Shown: in pieces, positions 47,666-58,308 of the stretch
Position numbering within the stretch: position 1 is the stretch's first letter
How the letters are laid out: the number at the start of each line of letters is the position of its first letter
NCBI GenBank assembly: GCA_016930235.1
Contig: JAFGHI010000038.1
Span: 34,211 to 98,210 of the forward strand
DNA: 64,000 bases
Source: Candidatus Omnitrophota bacterium
GTDB lineage: Bacteria; Omnitrophota; Omnitrophia; Omnitrophales; Aquincolibacteriaceae
Reading direction: 5' to 3'
Program-made: the position numbers and the translations under genes
The notes under the pieces: generated by a model
Databases searched by the model: none
The model's input: only the letters and a program-made list of their open reading frames with translations
What the model was told of the DNA's origin: nothing

Positions 47666-49306
47666 CTAGACAATCGAGGTAGACTCGCTAATTTCCTCTA
47701 ACTCAGGGATAAGTTCTTCTTCAAGAACTTCCGAGACCGGGAAAATGGCGGGACGTATAAAAGGCGGTTTTTTCGGATCGACCCCTTCGGGGAATCCGTG
47801 GGTTTCGATAACATACTTCCGAAATGCGCGGTAAGTGGCAATCCAACGAAAATATTCCAGCCACTTCCCTACCGAGAACGGGCTTCCTGTGGCAACGCGC
47901 CAGAAGCTGCTTGTGAAGAATTTGATGCGTTTGGGGTCAAAATTGAAAAGATAATACCCGATCACTTTAAAAAGTAAGCTCATGAATTTCAGATCAAGAG
48001 GTGCACGAAGATGCTCTTTATTTCGGTTTTGAAAACGATTGAGTGCCGTCACCAGGCGATCCGAATAAGTATCATACCGGTAGAGACATCTGATAAGCCA
48101 GTTGTAGCCTTGATGCAACTCTTCAAATGACATCTGCTTGGGAGTAAAATTGCAGTCTGCAGCGCCATGGCCGTTGAGTTCAGCCCATGAGGTATCAAGC
48201 AGCCGGCCTTCTGCCTCGAGCCTTTTAAGAAGAGGCGTATTCGGAAGCGCCATCAAAGTTCCGCACGTTGTGAACGCTACACCGAGCGCGGTCAGATACT
48301 CAAACTGTTCCTGGAAAATATATTTATCATCCGAGTCAAAACCCACAATGATTCCGGCCATGACCGAAATATGGTAGGAATGGATCCTCGCAATATCTTC
48401 GAACATACTCCTTCGAGTATTCTGAGCTTTCTTACACTCCACCAGGCTGGCGGCCCTCGGCGATTCGATTCCGATAAAAACACTGTAGAAGTTCGCTTCC
48501 TGCATCAGCTCGAGCAAATCATCATAGTGCGCGACATTGATCGTAAGCTCGCAGCATAACTCCACAGGATAATGATTGGCCTTCTGATATTCCGCAAGGG
48601 CCTTGAGAAGTTTTCGTGCATAAGGAATGTTTCCGATAAAATTGGCGTCACCAAAAAGAATATAATGAGACCCCTGCTTCACACAGTGATCCACTTCGGC
48701 CAGGACCTGCTCGACAGTTTTGGTGCGAGGCACACGCCCATCCATGATGATAATATCGCAAAACTCGCAAGAGAAAGGACAGCCGCGGCTTGTCTGAAGT
48801 GTGAGCAAATTATAAGCATCCGTCTTAATAAGATCGTAGCGCGGGATGGGGCTCTTGGTCAGGTCTGCCTTTTTATCGACGGCTGAATAAAAACCTTTCG
48901 CTTTCCCCGCCTCAAAATCCCGCAAAAATTCAGGCCAAATAAACTCCGCCTCGCCTTGAAGCCGGTAGTCACACTTTCCTTCATAGGCTTCAGGGAATAG
49001 ACTGCAATAAGGGCCTCCGACGGCCACCGGTATCCCTCGGGAACGAAACTTCTCGGCAATTTCCAAACTTCGCTGGTACTGTACATTGAAGGCCGTAATA
49101 CCGATCAAATCGGCTTGAGCATTATAATCAATTACATCGTCGATGTTTTCATCAACGATCTGGATATCCCAATGCTTGGGTGTCAATGCCGCTACGGTAG
49201 CCAAACCCAAAGGCGGAGATAAAAACTTTGTGCCTGTAAAGGGTTGAAGTCCTTCAAAGGACCAAAGAGTTGGTTCAAACCGAGGATTGATTAAATAGAC
49301 CCTCAA
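47666..49306 (-). CDS. Cobalamin-binding radical SAM protein (DUF4070-type C-terminus)
   Basis: PPLGLATVAA, VGGPY, GEAE, SRGCPFSCEFC, FIGIES and IVGFDSD. Confidence 0.88.
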   Translation of the reverse strand: MRVYLINPRFEPTLWSFEGLQPFTGTKFLSPPLGLATVAALTPKHWDIQIVDENIDDVIDYNAQADLIGITAFNVQYQRSLEIAEKFRSRGIPVAVGGPYCSLFPEAYEGKCDYRLQGEAEFIWPEFLRDFEAGKAKGFYSAVDKKADLTKSPIPRYDLIKTDAYNLLTLQTSRGCPFSCEFCDIIIMDGRVPRTKTVEQVLAEVDHCVKQGSHYILFGDANFIGNIPYARKLLKALAEYQKANHYPVELCCELTINVAHYDDLLELMQEANFYSVFIGIESPRAASLVECKKAQNTRRSMFEDIARIHSYHISVMAGIIVGFDSDDKYIFQEQFEYLTALGVAFTTCGTLMALPNTPLLKRLEAEGRLLDTSWAELNGHGAADCNFTPKQMSFEELHQGYNWLIRCLYRYDTYSDRLVTALNRFQNRNKEHLRAPLDLKFMSLLFKVIGYYLFNFDPKRIKFFTSSFWRVATGSPFSVGKWLEYFRWIATYRAFRKYVIETHGFPEGVDPKKPPFIRPAIFPVSEVLEEELIPELEEISESTSIV

Positions 49307-49653
49307 AACGACCTCTTTTCATTTTACGGAAAGAATTAGTAAGTTTGTTAGTGTAACATGGCCTCTTAACCCGGTCTATCTCTATTTGGCATCTCTAGTT
49401 GGACATCATGAGAAACCATTGAAATTCCCTCTGCAATTACGTCAATCGAACCGAAAATTCATAGGAAGGCCGTTCGTAATCTTCCGTAACCCCGCACCCT
49501 TCTTTAGAATTCATTGTGATTATACCCGACCTACGCCTTTTCCTCTCGGGTCCTCCAAAAACGGAAAAAATATTCTACGAGATGACTTTCTCTATTGCGC
49601 CATTATCCACAGGGGTTAATTACGGATTGTTGAATTGATTTTTTATACAATCT

Positions 49654-50541
49654 CTATTCGCATTCGAAGATGCCAATCCAATACCATTGATGATGGGCAC
49701 ATACGATATCCTCAAAAAAGCGTTTGACCTTCAATATATTTCTCCAATCAATCTTAGGGCCGGGATGTGTATAGCGTTCGGTTATTTTCCATTTTGACGT
49801 ATCAAACAAGATCGCTGATGACTTTTTTGAAAAATAGTGAAGGTGGCCAAACGGCCTCACCATGTCCCATTTTTCCTTTCTGACTTTCGCCACCCAGGAA
49901 TCCTTATTGGGAAAGCTACAATAAATCCTGGCGCCTTGATTCGAAAGGTTCTTGCACCGCTGCATCATGCCGAGCGGATCTTCAAGATGTTCAAGAATAT
50001 CATGGAGTACGATCACGTCAAATTTCAACCCCGAGGGCAGTTTTGTTATATCCGTAACGATGGTAGGTTCGTCAAACCAATTCCCGGGCTCCACTCCATA
50101 GCAAACTTTAGCTCTTTCGCGGAACCTTGAGAACAATTTTCCGTCGCCGCACCCGATTTCTAAGTAATTAAATTCTTTCCCGGAATCAAGCTCGCGACAA
50201 GGCCTTGGATCATCCATGGGAGGCAGGCCGCTTGCATTTGTTTGATATTGACTCAAATCAATCTTCCCTACTTTTTTTATCATCTCGATGACTTCAACCC
50301 CTAAAACAAATTTAGAATGCCCAGTATACAACGATGACAGATATTGCTGCACCGGCATTGGATTATGCCACCAATGTTGACAATTTTGACACTCCCTCAA
50401 TTCAACTTTAAGATCTGACCCCTCATGGATGGTTAAAACAGAATCGCTTAAAATAGTGTTCCGTTGCCCCGAACAGATTGGACACTGTGTCTGCCTTTTA
50501 AGGCAACTCCAATCGATATTTAAGGTCTCCCTGGCTGCCAC
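49654..50541 (-). CDS. Class I SAM-dependent methyltransferase with an N-terminal Zn ribbon
   Basis: CPIC...CQNC, LEIGCGDG, DILEHLEDP and HLHYF. Confidence 0.85.
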   Translation of the reverse strand: MAARETLNIDWSCLKRQTQCPICSGQRNTILSDSVLTIHEGSDLKVELRECQNCQHWWHNPMPVQQYLSSLYTGHSKFVLGVEVIEMIKKVGKIDLSQYQTNASGLPPMDDPRPCRELDSGKEFNYLEIGCGDGKLFSRFRERAKVCYGVEPGNWFDEPTIVTDITKLPSGLKFDVIVLHDILEHLEDPLGMMQRCKNLSNQGARIYCSFPNKDSWVAKVRKEKWDMVRPFGHLHYFSKKSSAILFDTSKWKITERYTHPGPKIDWRNILKVKRFFEDIVCAHHQWYWIGIFECE

Positions 50542-50676
50542 GCAAACCCTCCGGAAATCAAAAGCTAAGTGGACAATCTTACATCATCCCCTTTTACCCT
50601 ACCACACCAACCGCCGCTAGCATTCTCTCAAAAATATATAAGCTCAGATCAAATCTTTGTGATATTTGCCCATCGA

Positions 50677-52689
50677 TTAAATCTCACCTTCGTGAAACAA
50701 CTCCACTATCTTATCAACAATATAAGGATCAAACTGTGCCCCCTTCGATTTCCGCAACTCTTCGACCGCTTCGGATTTGGTTAAGGCCTCCCGGTAAGGG
50801 CGGTCCGTCGTCATCGCATCAAACGCATCGGCTACACGGATAATTCGTGCGAAAAAATGGATCTCCTCACCCTGCTGGTGAGACGGATAACCCGAACCGT
50901 CAAAGTTTTCATGATGATGCTCCACCCCAGCACAAATATCGTCATTCAGCCAGCCCCGCATCGGCTCCAGGATCTTCAAGCCATCCACGGTATGCCGCTT
51001 AACGATCTCCCATTCCTCTTCGCTCAACTTCGTTTGCTTATGCAGGATCCCATCAGGAACTCCGATCTTTCCCAAATCATGCAGCTGAGCCGCCCAATTC
51101 AGGTTAGCCACGCCATGACGAAAAAGGCGGAGTTCCTTCTCCAGCTTCTTGCCAATAAGCCCCGCATAATGAGCGACCCGGTTACTATGCCCGCACGTGT
51201 AGGGATCTTTGGCTTCAATCACCGTAATCAAGATATGCTGGCTTGCGACAATGAGCTCGATCTTCTCCTGCTTCAGCATGAAATCATGGATCGCTCGAGC
51301 CACGTTATTCGACAGCGACGAAAAAAGTTCCAGGTCCTCCTTATGGATCACCTCTTCGGGTTCCAACTTCTGACCGATATTCACAATCGCCAAAAGCTTC
51401 CCCTCACAAAAACATGGGATACTGATGCTTGCCCCTAAACGTTCCATGTCATCAATGATTTCAGCGGTAAAAGACCGGTCCTCAAAGTATCCTATTTGCG
51501 TATCCAGATAATATTTTAGCTCCTGACGAACCCGCAGATTCCTTTTCCGCAAGAGCTCCACGACAAGAGCGCTATCCATCGAAAACACTAAGCCTTTCGG
51601 GACCTTCTGTCTTGATTTCGAGCGTGTATGGCTAGCCATCAAAACAAATTCCTTATGGTGATGATCCAACACCATGATTCCGACGTAGTCTAATCTCACC
51701 CAACTGCTCAAATCCCGCACAAGATAAACCAGGAACTCATCAATATTTTTGACGGCCGCTATCCGTTCGGCGGTCTTTTTAAGGATGGGGCGATAATCTG
51801 CCCTCCTAGAGAACTCGAGGACCTCCATTTGCTTGACAAAATCAATGAGCCGGAACAACCCAATACCGAACATAAAAGCAATCGACACCGGAAAAAAAAT
51901 CCAATTTGCACCAAAGAGATTATAAAGATAGGGCTGGATATAATACGAAGTAATATGAATTCCAATCGCAGCCACCACGCATAAAGACGTAATGATTGAT
52001 GCCTTCCGGATAATAATATTGACCGTCAAAAGGCGGTACTGAACAATCGAATACGTCGTCCCCACCATCAGCAGAATCAAGAAAATAAATCCCATGGGAT
52101 AAGAAACAGACCCGCCGTAATTAGGGATATAATCGACCACCCCAAAACAACCGATACAAAAACAAAGCAGAATGAACCTTCGGCGACGGCGCTCAAAACC
52201 GGCTTTTTCAGATCGATACCCGATATAAAGATTTAAAAAAGCCAGAATCATGGGAATCAGCCAAAGAAATAAGAAAACCGTGTGCGGCACGCCGACAAGA
52301 ACATGCCAGCCCCAAGGCATCCGGCAATAGCCCGATATAAAACTTGGATGAAAGACAAGGATCAAAAGTAAAGTACAAAACAAGTAAACCAAAGGAACCC
52401 GGACCCTTTGTTTTTGTAAGTTCGTAAATTCAACGGAAAAATGATAGGTCGCCGCCGGGAGAAAAGCGACTCCGAGATAAAGCAAACGAATCGATAAATC
52501 CCGCAAAACCCTGTCTTCAAGAGCCCATGAAATGGCATTTCCAAATTGCCAAACCGTAATACAAAAAAAGAGCAGAGACACACTGCGATTGAGCGGGGCG
52601 ATTTTATTTTTCGACAGGACAAATAAACTCAGCGTTAAGGCGCATAAGCCTGCCAGAAAAGGCGGTAGGAGATAGAGAGTCAGGATCAA
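50677..52689 (-). CDS. Membrane sensor (HisKA_7TM-like) + GAF + HD-GYP phosphodiesterase
   Basis: About 8-9 TM helices; AKDPYTCGHS, LHDLGKIG, HHENFDGSGYP, VADAFDAMTTDRPYR and QFDP. Confidence 0.9.
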   Translation of the reverse strand: MILTLYLLPPFLAGLCALTLSLFVLSKNKIAPLNRSVSLLFFCITVWQFGNAISWALEDRVLRDLSIRLLYLGVAFLPAATYHFSVEFTNLQKQRVRVPLVYLFCTLLLILVFHPSFISGYCRMPWGWHVLVGVPHTVFLFLWLIPMILAFLNLYIGYRSEKAGFERRRRRFILLCFCIGCFGVVDYIPNYGGSVSYPMGFIFLILLMVGTTYSIVQYRLLTVNIIIRKASIITSLCVVAAIGIHITSYYIQPYLYNLFGANWIFFPVSIAFMFGIGLFRLIDFVKQMEVLEFSRRADYRPILKKTAERIAAVKNIDEFLVYLVRDLSSWVRLDYVGIMVLDHHHKEFVLMASHTRSKSRQKVPKGLVFSMDSALVVELLRKRNLRVRQELKYYLDTQIGYFEDRSFTAEIIDDMERLGASISIPCFCEGKLLAIVNIGQKLEPEEVIHKEDLELFSSLSNNVARAIHDFMLKQEKIELIVASQHILITVIEAKDPYTCGHSNRVAHYAGLIGKKLEKELRLFRHGVANLNWAAQLHDLGKIGVPDGILHKQTKLSEEEWEIVKRHTVDGLKILEPMRGWLNDDICAGVEHHHENFDGSGYPSHQQGEEIHFFARIIRVADAFDAMTTDRPYREALTKSEAVEELRKSKGAQFDPYIVDKIVELFHEGEI

Positions 52690-52731
52690 AGGAGCAACCT
52701 CATTTCAACAATTCTTTTGTCTTATATTTTA

Positions 52732-54099
52732 TCACTTCCGATACCTTTCCAAGTCCTCTTTCTTCATCTGCATCAGGTAGCTATAAATATCATCGGCCAT
52801 CGCTCGATTGCCCTCGACATTCGGATGAGGGTCATAACGGGCCGTCTGGTAAGGAATCGTATTCTCAATAAAACCAATGCCTTACTCGGCCAAGACAGAC
52901 CTCATCATCGGAATGTGGCTCAAATAATTCATCTTAGAAAGGCTGTCATCGCTGATCCGAAACCAATATCGGCCAAACTCATAAGACCCTAATTCCGATT
53001 TATTAAAAACAACCACATCCGATCCGATGGGATCCGCCTGTTTTTTGATTTCAGCAATCAACGCGAAATATAACCGCCACGGATAAGACCCGCGATCCGC
53101 TTCCTCGGGATAATACTCTTTCGGGTTCCAAAACTGATGAAACCATCTGTCTTCAACAATTCTTAAGACCGCCCGCCTGACTTCCCCGTCAAAACCCGAT
53201 GCGTCCATGATCCGATTTAGGTTATTCAAGGAAAGCTGTTCGTTGCGATGCTCATCCAAGTACTGATAAAGAGGCGAATCTTCCTTGAGATTGATCGTCA
53301 GCTTTAACTGTTCAAGCTGCTTGCGGTTTTTGACGCGATATTTTGTCTGTTGATCCGATGGCTCACGATATTGCAGATAAATATAAAAAGCATAAAAACG
53401 CTTCAGGACTTCCGAAGCATCTAGGATACTTTTCAAGCGGATTCTTAAGGCATCCGATCTCTTGCGAAAGTATGGATTCTCCCTTCGCTGCAACCTTCCT
53501 TCACCATCCAACTCATAGTAAAAAGGTTTCCACCCCTTCTTATTTGAGGCCCCATTATGAAAATAGGTATTGTCCCCAAGATCATTCATATTGAACTGCA
53601 CGATAACAAGATTCGGCCGGTACTTAATTCCTTCTCGCAGAAAGGCCTCCAGTTCCTGATCGGTCCCCCATTTTCCGTAGCCCATATTGATGACTTCAAC
53701 GTGATAGCCCTCGCGGATTAATTTATCTTCGAGAACACGTGTATAAACCTTTTTTGCCGGAACAATCACTCCGAAGGTGGAAGAATCTCCAAGGACAAGG
53801 ATCCGGTAAGCACCGCTCGCATTATGATAGGATCGGTCCAGGTCCCGCCAGCCACCCTGATTGGCACGATCGTTATAGACTTCACCCGTATCGGGATTTC
53901 TGACCCGTATCATTTCGTAAGGAGAATATCCCCAGCCGTACCTTTGTGCGTTCTTTGAATATCGATGTCCGATCGTCGCAACATGGTAAGTTCCGGTTAA
54001 TCTTAAAAAAACCTCGGCTAGAAGAAACAGCAGAATTAAACACACAAGGGTGGTGAAAAACAAAATGATATGAGGATGTCTCTTAAAAATGGATTTCAT
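52732..54099 (-). pseudogene. SGNH/GDSL hydrolase interrupted by an in-frame TAA at 52882-52884
   Basis: LGDS, G.G.WGTDQE and NMND blocks lie before the stop. The same frame continues GIGFIENTIPYQTARYDPHPNVEGNRAMADDIY...RK to a TGA at 52732 and carries the catalytic DxH block. Confidence 0.8.
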
Positions 54100-54138
54100 G
54101 GGTTTTTGATGAAAATTTAACCGAGGTCCACACCAGGG

Positions 54139-54852
54139 CTAAAGCCCCAAAAAGGTCATGGCCCCGCCACAGGCAAAAATCGCAAAACCCGCGAGGGCAT
54201 GTGAAAACCGCTCAAGCCCCCCCATGGGTAATCTGGCCAGCCCTAATGATGAGGCAGCCACCAAAGTCATCATCGTCCCAATCGTCGCCAATGCGAAAAC
54301 TCCGGCAACCAGGGTCACAGGAAAAAGACTGCCGTTTGTCATCGCAGGATACATCAGAATAGGGATTAGGGGCTCACAAGGGCCAAAAACAAAGATCGTG
54401 AATAAAACCCACGGCGTAATACTCTTCGCCCCTTCATCATGAACATGGGCATGAGCTTGGGCATGAGCATGATTATGAGCGTGGGTTATTCCGTCATCGT
54501 GAATATGGAAATGCGTATGAGGACGATTACGAAGGGCCTGATGGATGCCCCAAACAAAATAGGTAAACCCGAAAATAAGAAGAAGCCACCCTGCCCACTC
54601 TCCGCGAACCGATTCGATGGCCTCAAGCCGAATAACAGCGACCCCCAGGACAATTCCAAGAAAACCGAGAATGACCGAACTGAGAATATGCCCCATCCCG
54701 CAAAGAAAAGTAATTATCATGGTTTTGGGAAATGCCCACTGCCGGGCTTTTGACATGGCAATAAAGGGCACATAATGATCCGGCCCAAATAGTGTATGGA
54801 CAAAACCTAGGGTGGCAGCTGTCATCATTAAAGCTATCATCTCACTCGACAT
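54139..54852 (-). CDS. Ni/Co transporter-like membrane protein (UreH/RcnA-type, His-rich loop)
   Basis: HTLFGPDH, GH, the loop HTHFHIHDDGITHAHNHAHAQAHAHVH and GPCEP. Confidence 0.75.
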   Translation of the reverse strand: MSSEMIALMMTAATLGFVHTLFGPDHYVPFIAMSKARQWAFPKTMIITFLCGMGHILSSVILGFLGIVLGVAVIRLEAIESVRGEWAGWLLLIFGFTYFVWGIHQALRNRPHTHFHIHDDGITHAHNHAHAQAHAHVHDEGAKSITPWVLFTIFVFGPCEPLIPILMYPAMTNGSLFPVTLVAGVFALATIGTMMTLVAASSLGLARLPMGGLERFSHALAGFAIFACGGAMTFLGL

Positions 54853-54901
54853 TTAATTCTCCCCAAATCTCTGCCTTCATTCACAATTATCGCTTTACCC
54901 G

Positions 54902-55711
54902 TTATGGTTTGGCAGCAGCAATTTTCATGCTGATGACGGTCGTGTTAATCGTACGGATCTCTTCTTGGCTAAGTTCTGAAACAAGGTCCGCAAGGACTTT
55001 GTCCGAACCAAGATAATCCGTCACCTGAACGGGTGTTTCTTCCATGACACGAATATCTTGAAATCCAGCTTTCGCAATGCATCCGATGTAATCATCTTTG
55101 AGCAAAGCCCCGCCAATACATCCGGCATACATGGCTTCCGAACTTCGAATGGCATCCGGTAAATGACGCAGCAAAACCATATCGGAAACCATTAACCGGC
55201 CGCCGGGCTTAAGGACCCGGAAAGATTCAAAAAAAACTTTTTGTTTATCCTCGGCTAAATTAATCACACAATTGCTGATGACACAATCGGCGAGATTATC
55301 CTCGAGCGGGATCTTTTCAATGTCTCCCAGCTTAAATTCAACATTCGAAAAACCTCCTTTTTGGGCATTTGCCGTTGCCTTTCGGACCATATCCTCAGTC
55401 ATATCAACGCCAATGGCCCTGCCTCGGGGCCCAACCTTTTTTGCGGCGAGAAAAACATCGATGCCGCCTCCCGCTCCCAAATCCACTACCACTTCGCCTT
55501 CCCGAAGCGATGCCAACGCGACCGGATTTCCGCAACCTAGCCCCATGTTGGCACCCGCCGGCAAATGAGCCAATTCATCCTGAGAATACCCCATCTCCAC
55601 TGAAATCGCGGAGCCCTTTTTCTTGTTTTGACAACTGCAGCAAGATTTCTCACCCCCCGTACTTTTTTCCCTAGCAATGTTCCCGTATATTTTTTTCACA
55701 ATCTCTTTCAT
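54902..55711 (-). CDS. arsM: Arsenite S-adenosylmethionine methyltransferase
   Basis: SCC, GLGCGNP, DLGAGGGID, GVDMT, SNCVINL and GCIGGA. Confidence 0.85.
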   Translation of the reverse strand: MKEIVKKIYGNIAREKSTGGEKSCCSCQNKKKGSAISVEMGYSQDELAHLPAGANMGLGCGNPVALASLREGEVVVDLGAGGGIDVFLAAKKVGPRGRAIGVDMTEDMVRKATANAQKGGFSNVEFKLGDIEKIPLEDNLADCVISNCVINLAEDKQKVFFESFRVLKPGGRLMVSDMVLLRHLPDAIRSSEAMYAGCIGGALLKDDYIGCIAKAGFQDIRVMEETPVQVTDYLGSDKVLADLVSELSQEEIRTINTTVISMKIAAAKP

Positions 55712-55722
55712 TCATTTCTCCT

Positions 55723-56262
55723 TTATTTTCGGTCAAAAAATGGGCTCTTCGAGGTCGCGCTCAAAGGGATCCCGTACGCAATCTTCACGTCTTCACCCAG
55801 CCACTTCATATCCATCACAGCTTGCCCGACGGAATACATAATTCGATTATCCACGCGGTGATCCATAGCAACACTGACAGCCGAACCGATAGCAATGCCT
55901 AAGTCCCCTGTATTAAAAACGCACGGAATTTCAGGATGTTGGTTTTTGGTATCGCAATCTTTGAAACCGCACATCCCACATTTCTTCAGCCCGAGGGCCT
56001 TGATTTTAGATCCCAGCAGGATCATCACCGGCGCTTCAAGGATATTGGCCGCATCCCGCACAAATCCAGGAGCTCCAAGAGACTCCCCCATCTCCTTGAG
56101 CCTTTTGGCAATCGCCGTAATTTCATCCCCTTCGACAATCGCTAGGACCGTCATATCCTCGCCCCGGCCTTTGGGAGCGGTCCTTGCAGCCAAAAGCATC
56201 TTTTCGGCTACGTCTCTTAAGACATCCTTCGGATTCGGTTCAACCAATTTTATTTTTCTCAT
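55723..56262 (-). CDS. DUF2148 ferredoxin-domain (nitroreductase-like) protein
   Basis: AARTAPKGRG, CGMCGFKDC, DLGIAIGSA, VDNRIMYSVG and KSPFFDR. Confidence 0.8.
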   Translation of the reverse strand: MRKIKLVEPNPKDVLRDVAEKMLLAARTAPKGRGEDMTVLAIVEGDEITAIAKRLKEMGESLGAPGFVRDAANILEAPVMILLGSKIKALGLKKCGMCGFKDCDTKNQHPEIPCVFNTGDLGIAIGSAVSVAMDHRVDNRIMYSVGQAVMDMKWLGEDVKIAYGIPLSATSKSPFFDRK

Positions 56263-56345
56263 CTTTCATCTCTCTCGTTCGCTGTGCGTAAGAAAACAAT
56301 CTCCTACGGCCTTTTTGTCTATATCATAAGCCTGTTCTGGTAACG

Positions 56346-56579
56346 CTAAGATAGTTGATCGAAGATTTTTTTACGAATATCCGGGGGCAATTTGGAGCTG
56401 TTCATCTTTTCTTTAAGCTGATCGCGCAATTCCTTTTCCATTTGAAAATGTTTCGCGCATTTTTGATATTCCTTAAGAAAGGCTTCCAGCTCCTCAGCTT
56501 TGGCGTTCGATAAGTCCCTGTCGAGATACTGGTGAAACAGTTTATGCACATCGCATTGGTCACAAGGTTTTTTGTCCAT
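56346..56579 (-). CDS. Small zf-HC2/RsrA-like anti-sigma-type protein with degenerate Zn ligands
   Basis: C......L..YLD.DL......LE.(F)L..(Y)..C......E..L.......P..LR..I pattern. Confidence 0.6.
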   Translation of the reverse strand: MDKKPCDQCDVHKLFHQYLDRDLSNAKAEELEAFLKEYQKCAKHFQMEKELRDQLKEKMNSSKLPPDIRKKIFDQLS

Positions 56580-56671
56580 GGGGATATGTTACCATTAAAG
56601 GAAAGATGACCGCAAGCCCCATAGCGCTCACATCCAATGAGAAGTCCTCAGGCTAAAAGACTCAAGGCAAT

Positions 56672-57274
56672 CTATTTTGACTTGAATGCCGCCACATGGA
56701 CAATTGTGCCCGCATGGTTCGATTGTTTAACTTGAGAATTGTGAGGAAGGATCTGGAGAGATTGATTCTTAAGGAGGGCCTTTTCCAAGGCCTCGAGCTC
56801 AGAGCGAAAAACATCCACGGTCTTCTCCCTCCTGCCGTCCGGGAGGATAATCTCATAGGGTCTACCTGTTTTATTGGAACGGACAGCCACCCGATTGACA
56901 AAATCATCAGCCGTGCGTATGGGCGAATTCCGGTATTGTTTATGCAACATCTTCCACCTCAGGAATTTGGCCGCCGAAGAGCCGTCATATTGGTTGCCGT
57001 TTCGAACAAATTTGGCCCCCGAAATCCGGGTTGAAGAAAGCAGGTAATCAATCTTATCCTGTTCGGTGAAACGGGTATGCCTCTTTAAAAACTGATCCAA
57101 CCGCTCTTGATGCCTACTGATATTATCCAGAAAAAGGGGCTGATAGTATCGGGCCCCGAAAGATGAACTGGATGAAGAGACTGGGGTTCTTTGTTTATTT
57201 TCCAGAGTCGAACACGCTGAAAAAATAATACTGAAGAAAAGACAATAGAATATAAACGGTATTTTAGACTTCAA
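56672..57274 (-). CDS. DUF5329-like lipoprotein
   Basis: Lipobox FSAC; IDYLL, FVRNG..YDG..A..FLRWK, TADDF and TGRPY. Confidence 0.7.
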   Translation of the reverse strand: MKSKIPFIFYCLFFSIIFSACSTLENKQRTPVSSSSSSFGARYYQPLFLDNISRHQERLDQFLKRHTRFTEQDKIDYLLSSTRISGAKFVRNGNQYDGSSAAKFLRWKMLHKQYRNSPIRTADDFVNRVAVRSNKTGRPYEIILPDGRREKTVDVFRSELEALEKALLKNQSLQILPHNSQVKQSNHAGTIVHVAAFKSK

Positions 57275-57469
57275 CGGCTTTCTTAGCCTCGCTGCCCATA
57301 TAGTAGTATATCGACAATTCCCAAAGATCTGTAGAAATATATTTCCAAAAAGAGCTCACGCATCGAAGCCATGATGACGCTCTCTTATCCGGAAGAGATT
57401 TGCTTCGTGTCCAATCTATGTCGGTTTTTTTGGAAAAGACGGGAGCGTAATGTTCGGAGAAGCTGTATT

Positions 57470-58156
57470 TTATATCTTGTGACCGGATTGAACCCATTGG
57501 ACCGCATGGCGGATTAATTCCATATTGTCCTTAAGATTCAATTTCGACTTGATATTGGCCCGGTAGGTCTCCACCGTTTTAACGCTCAAATGCAGGTTCT
57601 TAGCTATCGCCGAGGTCGAAAGTCCCTCTCCAATCGATTGAAAAACCTCGATTTCCCGGTCGCTTAACGTGTTAATCGGGGATGTCTCTTCAAAGGATGC
57701 GCCGCTTTGCTTCTCAAGCATCTTTTCCGTCATGGTATTGCTGAGATAGATCTTCCCATCCAAAACCCGTCGAATGGCCGTCATAACATGCTCTCGTGCG
57801 GATTCCTTGGCGATATAACCCCGGGCACCGGCCCTGAGAACCCTCTCGGCAAATAGCGATTCATCATGCATCGAGAGCACCAAAATAGGGGTTCCGTCCC
57901 CTTGGGCCCTGAGCCACTTGATCAAATCCATGCCATGGCTGTCTTTCAGCGTTAAATCCAAAATAATCAAATCGGGACGAACCTTTTCAATATCCGCGAT
58001 GGCATGATCAACCTTCTCAGCAAAACCGCAAACCTCCAAATCTTTCTCACAATTGATAAATTGCGCCAACCCCTCTCGGTAGAGAGGATGATCATCGACA
58101 AGGTAAACCTTTTTTTTCTCATTGCCATTCGATTTCGCTTCTTTGCGAGCTGGCAT
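57470..58156 (-). CDS. NarL/LuxR-family response regulator
   Basis: VDDHP, LDLTL, LSMH, GYIAK, LSDRE.EV and SVKTVETYRANI; start trimmed to MPARK. Confidence 0.92.
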   Translation of the reverse strand: MPARKEAKSNGNEKKKVYLVDDHPLYREGLAQFINCEKDLEVCGFAEKVDHAIADIEKVRPDLIILDLTLKDSHGMDLIKWLRAQGDGTPILVLSMHDESLFAERVLRAGARGYIAKESAREHVMTAIRRVLDGKIYLSNTMTEKMLEKQSGASFEETSPINTLSDREIEVFQSIGEGLSTSAIAKNLHLSVKTVETYRANIKSKLNLKDNMELIRHAVQWVQSGHKI

Positions 58157-58308
58157 ATTACACCCCAGCGTTTGACGGATTTGCCCCCTGAAATCTTCCA
58201 AGGCATTGTCATCAGACGATTTTTGGTCCGACGGCTGTATTGTATCCACCTTTTGATCTCCTGCCAAGTTAAGATATTCGTTTCGAATGGGCTTCTTCTT
58301 CAAACTTC

